DNA of 41,876 nucleotides from Atractiella rhizophila (Eukaryota), in the NCBI GenBank assembly GCA_021432655.1, contig MU271229.1, positions 91,903-133,778 of the forward strand. Direction: 5' to 3'. The position numbers and the translations under genes were made by a program. The notes beneath the pieces were generated by a model that saw only the letters and a list, made by a program, of their open reading frames with translations, ran no database searches and was not told where the DNA came from. Each line of letters begins with the position of its first letter. Position 1 is the stretch's first letter. This document shows positions 1 to 10,765 of the stretch, piece by piece.

Positions 1-1230
1 CTCAAGAAGGGAGGGTGTGCATCGTCACTGGCGGGTATGGTGGAGGAATAGGAGAAGAAATCGCACGGGTCTGTTTTCTGTTTGTTGCAAGTTTGACAAT
101 TGAGGCCTGACTTCTCTTGCCTCGCACAGGTGCTTGTACAAAAAGGAGCCAAGGTATACATAGCTGGCAGATCACGGGAGAAAGGTGAAAAGACGATCAA
201 CAGACTGTTGAAAGAAACAGGCAAGGAGAAAAGCATGTTGCTATTCTTGAAGTTGGATTTGGGCAGCTTGGAGGCAGTGAAGAAGGCGACTGAGGAATTT
301 CTTTCGCGAGTGCTATAGTAGTACCACAAAACAAAGCTCTAACGCCTTGGATGTAGCAAGGAATCTCGACTCGACCTGCTCATCAATAATGCGGGAGTGA
401 TGAATCCACCTGGTGGCTCAAGTGCGTTCTTTCTTAACTTTCCCAAAATTCTTCCTCATGCTTCTCCATTCAGAGACCTCAGACGGTTTTGAACTCCAAT
501 GGGGAACAAACGTCCTTGGACACTTTGTATTCACTATTCCCCTTCTTCCACTCATGGAAAAGACGGCAGATGCTCAAGAGCCCGGCAGAGTGAGGATCGT
601 GAATTTATCGAGTGCCGCCAATCAGGTACTGCTCAAATTTCCACGGATCCTGAAGCTGACTTCTGTTACAGATGGCGCCGAAAGAAGGTATCACCTTGGA
701 CGATAAAAAAAGAGGCACATATGGACGATCTCGTCCTTTTCGTTTGTCTTTGCTTTTCCGTACTTTCAGGATTTGTGATACTTACTGTTCTTGGTACCCG
801 TCATAGGCATGGCAGGCGACTACGGTCAATCTAAACTCGGAAACATTCTTTTCGCTCGCTCCCTTTCCCGTCGCTATCCCAAGATTGTCTCACTGGCTTG
901 TCATCCTGGCATTATCGCCACCCCACTTTGGAGACATGGGGATCCTATTCAGAAGTTTGTTCGTCGATATATGATGGATCCTCCAGAAAAAGGAGCGCTG
1001 ACTCCACTCTATTGCGCATTGGACACCCAGGAAGTTGGCCTGAAGACAAATGGTTGGTATGGAAGGCCGTACGGACGACTGTTCCCAACCGGTACATTTA
1101 CCTTCACTGGTTACGTGTCGGAGCTGAAAACCCTGCTTTGGGGACAGCTCAACATCCAAAAGCGACTGACGAGGAGTTGGCGGACCGAGTGTGGGAGTGG
1201 TGCCATAACCAGCTGAGAGAACTCATTTGA
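1..1230 (+). CDS. Short-chain dehydrogenase/reductase (retinol-dehydrogenase-like SDR), 5' end outside the window, multi-exon
   Basis: Spliced reading gives [13 protein letters not shown] (Rossmann motif, from ~15), [46 protein letters not shown], catalytic YGQSK (~820), CHPGII and a last exon LADRVWEWC ending at TGA 1228-1230. Confidence 0.93.
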
Positions 1231-1454
1231 TCCCATATCGCCACGTTCAGGATAGTATTTTGCCCGGTTTTGGGAACATAGCTCGATGGGAGTGGTATGA
1301 TACGTGGGAGAACGCGCTTACTCTACGGTACAATGAACGTTTACATTGCGAATTTGTAGACTGGTAATCAAGCTATGTTACATGACCATTGTAAATGACG
1401 AAACAAACAGAGGGACCTTTTCCGTTCAATTGAGTACAACAAAGAAAAAATTTC

Positions 1455-4400
1455 CTAAAGCTGTTCAGTTGTGTTCTGAGCCATGTCTCCCATTTCCCAC
1501 AGTCTCCGGAAGTGGCTGGTACGATCCTCTAGCAGAGTTTTAGGATGGTCATCTTCAACCAACCTTCCAGCATCGAGGACAAGTACGCGATCATAACCTG
1601 CAGAATTATCAGCTAAGGACAAAAAGAAGCAAATACCGCACCGAGAATGCTTCGAACCCTATGGGAGATGGAAATAATCAAACTATGTTCGAACTCGGTC
1701 GCTAGCATGGACTGCAATGTATCTTCGACAGAAGCACTAAGTGAGGAGAAGGATTCGTCCAGAATAAGAATGCGATTTTTGTTCAATAAAGCCCTAATGG
1801 ACGGTCACCTCCCATGGTAGGCAGAGAAAGGCGGGCACCGTACCTTGCAAGGATGAGAAGCTGTCTCTCTCCCGCGCTAAGATTTGAGCCGCCTGAAGAA
1901 ACTGGATCCGACAAGGAGGCACGTAAGGGATAACCAACTAGATGCAGAGCTCGTTGTATTTCCTGCTTCTAAGCATTAATGCCAATTACTTTCATATATG
2001 GGAAAAGCAGACTTTATCATGATGAGCACCAACGTCATCAAGAGCAGATTTAATAGTTCCTTCCGTTAGCGTGCCAGTCGAGTCTTGTGTGAGAAATGTG
2101 ATACTCTTCCTCAAAATCTCCAAAGGCACACGTCTCAAATCCAATCCGTCAATTTCGATCTTCCCCTCCGAGTTCCAATCCACAAATCGCATCAAAGCGT
2201 TGACGCAAGAGCTTTTTCCGCTTCCGGTCCTCCCAACAATAGCGATGCGATGACAGCTGGCTGAAGAAAGCGTGATATTGATATCCGACAGAGCGGCTCG
2301 CCCACTGGAGGGATAACGAACCGTGACTTTGCGGAACGTGATGGTCACGGGCAATAGGGCGCTCTGTGATGACGGAGAAGGCTGAAAGAATGTTGACGGT
2401 ACTTGAATTGGTGAGCGTGTTTCTTCTCTTTGAAGCGACGTCAAGTCTGATATTCGCTGAACAGCCGTGAGGTTCAAAGCGAAAAGACACCAGGTTTTGG
2501 CCAGCCAGTAGAGACCAGACACAAGGTCGACTGCCTGAGATAGAGCATTCCCTATGCAAATCATGTTAGTCATTCATTCACTGTCCTGGAATAGAAGCAA
2601 ACCAAACGGAGCCGGGGGAACTCCATTCGTAAACGCCAACAGTGTGACCGCAAAAATGAGGAGCCTCCCCGCTAGTTCGTAACGGAGCAGCAACCATCTG
2701 TCCAAGGCGACCATGAAACTAGTTGGCGCGGAGTATTCATCAACCATTGTCTGAAAATTCTCGAGCAAAGCTTCTTCTTTCTCGAATGCCCGGATGACCA
2801 CGTTGCCACTCAGGGCTGCAGTGAACTGCGAAAGAACCCTTGCACGGTTTTTCGCCTCCAATCGATTCAGTTTCAGACTCAATCTGACGTAGCGCCGCAA
2901 AAGTCGAAAGCAGTACAAAAATGTGGGCAGGCATGCCAAGCACAAGATTGGCATCGCTTTGAATATCGCATTGAAGAGGCCTAAAAGGTATGAGCCGTTG
3001 TTGAAGCTGCAGTATTGTTAGTAAGTTGGGAAGTTGGGAAGCTACATAACACTGACACGAGGCCTAAAGAGATCACGATGTGGTTGTCAACAATAGTGAA
3101 GTCGGTGAAGCGGGCAAGGAAGGTTCCAGCGCCAATCTCTGAGTGAAGCTGTAGCGGAGCGTAAAGCAGCGATCGAATTGCCGACGCGAAGAGGTTTCGG
3201 CTCGCCCGTAGGCTGCCCCAGTAAGAGAAACCTATGTTGTTAACAGTAACAACGAGCCGGAGGAAGGAGAGAGAGAACAGCTGGAAAAGGTGCCACGCAT
3301 TTCTGCCATCCGACCATGCGCTGTACACGCTTCCTTCCTCAGTATAAAGCTGACGTATAACGAATATACCAGAAATCGTGACGACCCATGCGAGAGGACC
3401 AACTGCGCGAGCGTAGACCCAAGCTATGTACACGGGGACCGAGCCATGATGGTCCGGGAACGTTAGAGGGACAGTATTCTTCTCGATCCCGGGAGTGGAA
3501 TATTGCCGTCCAAGGGGAGAAGGTGTTTGCGATGTTCGGGCAGGCGGCTGAGCTAGACAAGTTTCTCCAGTCATTCGTCCGCCGTCCATCTTGAACACTG
3601 CAGTTGCTAGAGGTCGGAAAGCAGAAGGGTTATGGGTCGTGACCACCACCGTTCTGCCTTCCATGAGAGGGCTTTGAAAACAATACTTGAGGAGATAACG
3701 GGCTGTTTCGTTATCGACGGCCGCAAGTGGTTCGTCCAAAAAAATGTAACGATGAGAAGAATAGAGAGCTCGGGCGATTGCTATTCTTGCCTGTGAAGGT
3801 GTAAGATTTATGTATTCAAGAACGGTTTAGCTCACTTGTTGACCACCTGACAGCGTCGAACTTCCGGCACCAGTTTCTGTGAAGTCACCGTCTTTCATTT
3901 GGGCCTATGATCAACAATAAGTAAAAGAGCTCAAGAGAAAGTAGTGTATACCATGTCCGACACCAGGTTGCAAGCTTCCAACTGGCGCACTCTTTTCAGA
4001 TGGGAGAGCAGGACAAATGCAACAACGCACCACTGCACGATACCTCGATTCGTCCCATGGAGAATAAAAAACGATCTGTACGTCCACATGAGAGTCCAAC
4101 GAGTATTGTCGTTATGAGAACATACCTGGCTTCTAATTGTGCCTGACGCGCACCAAGGTTGTTGGTCAACGTAAGCAACACCGCCGGTTGGTCGTATGAC
4201 AGAACCTTGCGATAAAGACAATTCTATTATGCGGTGGTCAGCTCACTGCAGTAAACCGCTATAGCTTACCTCCCAACAAAGCGAGCAGCAAAAAGGTTTT
4301 ACCCGATCCACTGGGACCAGTAATAACAGTAATGCCTTCTCCTTGGAGCGAAAAGGTAAGATCACGAAGCCGGAATTCAAGAGTATTCTCAGCATTGTTT

Positions 4401-7058
4401 GATCTATTCGAGGTCGGACGGAACCAAGCGTTCGTAAGATGAAAGCCTTTATCCACTCCAATGGCGTCCCAGTCTCGAGGTTTCGTCTCTGTCTGTTGAA
4501 GATACTTTGCGATGCGGGTTAAGTTGGCCTTCACTATTGAAACCGTTAGCACCGTTTCAAGTTTTCCAGAAGCAAGGTACTATAGCTCAGATTCTCTACC
4601 AGTGAGCATCATTACTGTTAGTGGCAAACAAATGCTATGTGAGGGACTTACTAATTGCTTCAGGTAAAACGCCGAGGGGTAACGACAGCTGCTATCATCG
4701 TTAGCGCATAGTAGACGGGGATGTGAGTACGAACCTGCCGTATCAGAGTACTGACTGCTATAGCGGCGCTGAGATCGAACGTGGCACCTTGCACGACAAA
4801 GAACAAAAAGAAGCAAAGGCATATGATCAGGTCAGGACAAAGCATCCTGTGAAAATAGTGAGGCTAGCTTCTCAATGACGACATTCACGTACCAAAAACT
4901 GTTCAGGAGAGCTTGATAGCGCTTTTGGGCAGCCCAGAGGCCAAGAAAAGCGTTGCGATACCGGAGGACATCGGATAAATGCTTGTTTTCAGAGGCGCTG
5001 GCTTTGATGGACTTGATAGCTGTGCTATCGTTAAGCAAATAGATATGGACAGAGATGACCTACATCGAATGAGTTCGCTGATCCTCCCAATCGTCGCGTC
5101 ATGGGCACTGTTCATTCGAACTCCTACACGGAATGCTCTGACAACTGCCCAATTACTGGCGATGTAAAGAACCGTCAGAACAGCAAGGAGGGATAATAAG
5201 GCTCCCCAGCCCAAAAGACTGTAAACAGGATGAGGAACAAGCTGTTCGACAAAAGTAACATACTACCACGTCCAAAAGACTGTTCCACAGATAGAGATCG
5301 AGGGACCGAGAACGTTGTCTAGGTTGTGAGAAATGACGGAACCGATTGTGGCGCAGTCCTCTGAGATGAGGTTGTAGGTTTGTCCGCGGCTGCCTTGAGA
5401 GCTCTCATCACTTGTCGCCAGAGTGTTGATCCGCAGGGATTTTGCGTAGATAGTATTGATCAAACCTGTCGGTTGGTTCAGATGGAGCGGTAAGTGAAAT
5501 GCAAATACTCACAGGACTTAATTCGAAGTGCGAGTCTCTGTTGCTCCCACTGATAGAATGCTACTATGAGAGCGCGCAACATATTGATGATGAATGCGTA
5601 AAATGCGAAGGCAAAGATCCGACGACGATTCTCGTGGTCCGATGTTGCATTAGCCTGAAGGGTAGAGACAATTTCCGTGATATAGAAGATCGTAGCGAAA
5701 GAGAGGAACGTGGTGACGGAACTCAAGGCCAGGATGATGAATAAAGACTTTCTGGAGACGCGAAGCAATAATTTATACAGATCTAGTTCTGCCGAATTGC
5801 TGGTCGAGATATTAGCTTCAAATCCTGCGGCATGGGTGAACTTACGGAGTAAACGATGCACGGATCCAAAATCTAGCGATGTAATGACTTCTTTCGAAAG
5901 GGAAAAACTTCCAAATCCATTTGGAAATGTCGTCTGGCCCTTCTTCAACTGTCCGAGCATTTTCGCTGAGAGCAATCAGGGACCAAACCCACGAAAAAGT
6001 GGCACGGGAAATGATGGAGGAGGAATACTCTGGAGAGACATTATCCTGCATCAAGAAACGTCAGTCGTTATGGAAGAACATCTAGAAATCGAGATAAAGA
6101 GTAGCACAAGTCTGCTGTGTGTAGGAAAAGTTGTTCTTAAAAGGACCACTTTACTCTGCAATTCGCCTGCAACACTTCTAGACGAAGCACTACCATAAAG
6201 CGCAATGGAGGCATACTAGACGGAACAAAAACGCACCTCCCCTGCTATTATTCCTTGTGTTGTCGCTCCTCCTACCACCCACACGACGCCAGCACTCGCG
6301 ATCGCTTCGAAAGCCATGAGCACCGCCTCCGCTCCAGCTCCCAAGTAATCGCGCTGCACCAACCCAACCGTAGCGCACACCGCATCAAGTGTTGACCAGC
6401 CGATGAGGGGCCATTGAGCGCGGGGAAGGCTGTGGATTGAGAGGAAGGGGAGGAGAAGGGGAAAGAGTGAGAGGAGGGTTAGGAAGGAACGCAGTGAGGG
6501 TGAGGACGGGTTGGGCTTGTCCGATCGAGAGGAGAGGAGGAGGAGTTCCAAGTCGAGCTCATCGTCTATTGTTGGGGTCGACTGCAGCGCAAAGCTGCCG
6601 CCGCCGTTTGGGGAAGATGGACGTGGTAGGGTTAACCTCACCAGTTCCAATGATATTCTAATCCCAAGTAAAATGGCTGTCCCTTTCCATCTCTTTCGAG
6701 CCACTTTACTGCTCGCGCTCTCGATCTCAGGCCTATCCTTCTCCTCCAAATCCTCCATCTTGACCTCCATACCGAACCTCCGCGTGTCTTCCTCGTCCCC
6801 ATCCTTATCTACTCCATCCTCCAACCACGGCGCAGGAGAAGAAGGAAACAGGCTCGGTCGAGATCCTCTCCTGCCGTTGAGTGGGTTTGCTTTAGAGGAG
6901 GACAACAAGGAGAGGGCTGTTGTGAGACCGATACCACTACCACCCGCTGAGAGGGGAGACCGTCGGCGAGTGCGAGGAAAGAAGGGCAGGGGAAGGCGGG
7001 AGATGAACGGATAGAGGCAGATGGAGATAGAATAGAGCAGTAGGAGGTATTCATGCAT
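1455..7058 (-). CDS. ABCC/MRP-type full-size ABC transporter, multi-exon
   Basis: Two TMD-NBD halves. NBD1: GPSGSGKT, QQPW, LSGGQQ, IFLDEPLAAVD. NBD2: IAIVGRTGSGKSS, LSAGERQLL, ILILDES, SISHRV, YDRVLVLDAG. MRP-type L0 segment SPEYSSSIISRATFSWV. Stop TAG at 1455-1457; start 7058 is tentative. Confidence 0.92.
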
Positions 7059-8057
7059 GGTTGGTGATTGGATTTGGAGTCAAATCGGACGATTGAAGCT
7101 GAAACTCGTGAGTCGTTAGAGTGAGAGGGGTTATTATACCCAACTGTCTTGTGCTGCTGAAGAGAACAACAATCGAAGAGTTCGATCAAAGGAAGAGACC
7201 TAGCACTTGGGAGTAACTAAGGTGGTCCTTTGTTGAATCTCCCTTCTTTAGCTCAAATGTTGCTCTCAAAATGCACACGCAAACGCAAATACGGGCTGAT
7301 CGAATTAAATCGAATCAGATGACAAAAGGGAACACTAGATGCAAACATTCTGGCCAAAGAGAAGGTTATTCAAGGAAATCGTTCAGAAAAGGAAAACAGA
7401 TGCAAATAAGCCTTGTTTGTTTGGCTTATTCACAGGCCATCCTGTGAACCACGACAAAGAGTGTGCATGATCTAGATGAGCGGCCTTTCATGGCTGGATT
7501 CATCCAGTGACTCTTCAAAGCTTCAAAGCACTTTCAGGACCAAAATCATGAAATTGAATCTTGTTTGTTATGTTATCAATTTGAAAGCCGTTTGGCGTAC
7601 GTACGCCGCGTCCCTTTGCACAAAAACAACATCCAGGACAACACCAATCCCGGCAATCTAATGTAATATCCTGGATCCTCTGGGCAAAACTGTATATTGG
7701 ACTGGCTGCATGACGGACAATATGCGAAAACGGAATACGGGTCAGAAACATTAGAGGTTTCAAAGTTGGTACTGTAGGAAGGGGCTTCCTACTAACTGTA
7801 GCAGCCCAGTTTGAAACCCCCTATTGACTGGCGCATTTCATGGTCATTGATCACCTTTTCAGTCGCTTCCACTGTTCCTGCTTGGGATTTCGTAACCATC
7901 AAGAGCTTTTATACATTTCAACATTGCCTCATAACGACCAAAGACCTGAAATGACTGATCGCAACTCACGATCAATTTGACGACGAACAGATATCGACAC
8001 ATAAAAGTCGGACCACATAACTTACCTTGCGCAAAGACGGTGTGAGAAAACGTCCTT

Positions 8058-9968
8058 TTACGATCCAAACTCTCCCTTCTCCCTCTTGTCTTCCGCATCG
8101 CTCACCCCGACTCCATCCTCATACCCACTCTCAAGGTCATCTTCAACCACTCTCTTCTCAACGACGACGCTGATCCCTCGTTGTCCCTCCACATCTACAG
8201 TCTCTATGTGGTTGTTAAATGTCGTCTGTCCGACTTTCGCATTACGCAGGGGTTTCATACGATGACCTGACGCAGGGGTTCGTCTCAGCAATGCAATGGT
8301 TTTGTCGCGGAAGGTACTCACCACTCGCCCCCCCACCACTCATGACGTTTGTGCTTCTAGCCCCTGTCCTCGTTGTGCTGATCCCCACATTGGTCCAAGA
8401 AGTCCAAGAGCCGTCTGCGGTCTGTATACCCAACATCCAAGTTAGCTCAAACTGGGAAAGGTTACATAAGGACGCACGATTTGAGAAAACCTTCTCAGCT
8501 TGAGCATGAGTCGAGAGGCCATGATGGACGTTCTATCACCTTCGGGTCAGGCGAGGCCGAAAGGAATATAAAGAACTCACATGACGATGGCGAGGCCGGA
8601 ATGGAGAGCTTGAAGAGCAGGATTTGGTAAGAGGAAGAAAACCTCGTTCTATATCAGTGTTAACGAAGCTCTCTGGGGCGAGATCGAGGGGAGGAAGCGA
8701 ACCAACAAGTTGACAACGAATACAATTATGAAGTAAAGAAGGCCGTCGTGTAAAAGTCTTCAGCAGGGCTGCAGTCAATTGCTAGTTCCCAAGAAATGGC
8801 AAGAAGACGCACTGTTTAAGTAATGGGGTGTTAGTGCCTCCCGCCAACTTCCTGCATACGTATACCCTCCAGGCGGTGAGAGCAAGGGTAGTCGTACTAT
8901 ATCATCATTCAGTTTGTGGACGTTATCAGATCGATATTCATACTCGAACAGGAGAGGGCCAAGCCTGGAGATAATCAGCCGCAGCACATTCCACCAACCT
9001 GAGAGCAAGACTAACCAATACAGCCAAATGTAGGACACTCCGGATCCAGAGATACAACCGATGGTTTGACCAGGGAGCACTGTAGAATCAACATGTCAGA
9101 CTGCGTCTTTCAAGATCAGACTGAAATGAAGAGAAGACGCACAGACATTCTTAGCTCCACTGGCAAATTCGGACGCGATTTCGAACACCAGAATGACGAC
9201 CTGGACGGCGACTACGTACTTGTTCCAGGACCAGAGCGCGCCGGTGCGGAGGAAGAAGATGAGGTGACATCCGACGAGGACGAAAGTGGTGAGGAAGGGT
9301 TCCGTGAGAAACACCTTGTTGCAGAAGGATCGAGGTAGCTGGAACTCATCCATTGAGGACGGAGACAGGAGCATAAGCTGAAGACGCACAGGAGCCCACC
9401 AGAGGACCTGGAGCCAAGTCATCTATTGGGGACAGAACTGGAATTAGTCTCTTAATTGTAAAATGAATGGAAAGGACAAACCACAGCCAGAGTGTAATAG
9501 CGGTTGAAAAGGAACAGGACTTTCGCAATGGACCAAGGGGTTCTCCAGATGTACTTGTATTCGCTAGGGCTGGTGTCACAGTCAATGTGTCTATCTTCGT
9601 GGACGAGCCGAAGCGCCTACAAAGTGACAATCCAATCCCAGATGAGGACGCTGCTCTCCAACAAGCTCGTCAATAATCAAGTTCGTCACGGAGAGGGACG
9701 AGGACGAACCTCATGCAACTGAAACATCGTTTGGTGTCATTCTCTTGCTAAATTCCACAGCTGGAAGGAAACGAACCAAATGAAGTAGACCCTGTCCCAC
9801 AAAGAGCATGTCAGTTCCACCAGAAGTCGAATGAATGAGGGGAGGAATTGTTCGAGCGTGCGAACGCTGAAAGAAAGAACGGACGAACCTGGAGACGTCT
9901 AAATCCTTCTCGAGTTTTTTGAAGATGGCCTCTAGAGCGGCAGGATCAGGAGGAGCGGTAGTCGACAT
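8058..9968 (-). CDS. DUF6533-family multi-pass (7TM-like) membrane protein, multi-exon with microexons
   Basis: Splicing gives SVLIWDWIVTL, IWRTPWSIAKVLFLFNRYY, FFLRTGALWSWNKYV and IMASRLMLKLR. These match the motifs of basidiomycete DUF6533 proteins. A hydrophilic tail ends at TAA 8058-8060. Confidence 0.85.
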
Positions 9969-10765
9969 CTTGGGTCACTATTTCCCTATAGAAGAATTGA
10001 GGGAGTACGACTTTCAATGAAAGTGAGCCTGGGACACGCCTCGTGGGCTTGAATGGGGGGTGTCAACAGTCAAAGCTTTATAGGCGCAGGAGTAAATGAA
10101 TGAGACCGTTTTGATGGACTTAAGGGTGGGAAAAAGGTTTCTTGGGTTGCAACGGGAGGGCAAGGAACGTCGAACACATAAGTCGTTACTAGTAAAGGAA
10201 ATCAAGTAAGGTTGAATGGACCAGGCTGGACAGCAACACGAACGTTATGAAGCTTATTATGATATTACTGACATGAATAGCGCCTGGGTTGCGCATTGGA
10301 GCTGCAGGAGTGGATGAGGCAGAAGAGCGAAGAGGAAGGATAATTTAGAGATCATTAGGCATAAAGTTGGGTTTAGAAAGGATGCGTTACCCTAGTCTGG
10401 GAGTGTAAACTTTGAGTTTGCTGCCCTCTCCCATCCTAAGGTGACTCTTGTGCATGCTTCCATGCTTTCAGTCTGTCAAGCACATTATGATGACAAATAA
10501 CAGCGTGGCGGAAGAAGGCCCATAAGAAGATCAGGAAGACAAAGAGAAGAAGGGCAGAGAAGAATAAGATGCAGGACGGAACATTAAAGCAGATCAGACA
10601 GAAAACGTGTAATTGTAACTTTATGTAAGGTTTAGTTGAATTACGTTCTTCCAAACCCAATCAATACACCCACATTCACTCATTGAAAGGGAGCTCGAGC
10701 CCAAAAGAATGTACCTCGTTTCTCTCGCCCTCTTCGTGTTCCTAAACACCTTCTAACGACCAACG

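Noticed and set aside
6437..7014. Long + strand Ser/Arg-rich ORFs
   Set aside because: Antisense shadows of the ABCC first exon.
9066..9338. Acidic 90-aa + strand ORF
   Set aside because: Antisense to a DUF6533 transmembrane exon (LRTGALW), which has family motif support.
10436..10660. Hydrophobic 74-aa minus ORF between the DUF6533 and P450 genes
   Set aside because: Non-ATG start; the hydrophobicity follows from a CT-rich promoter-type tract.
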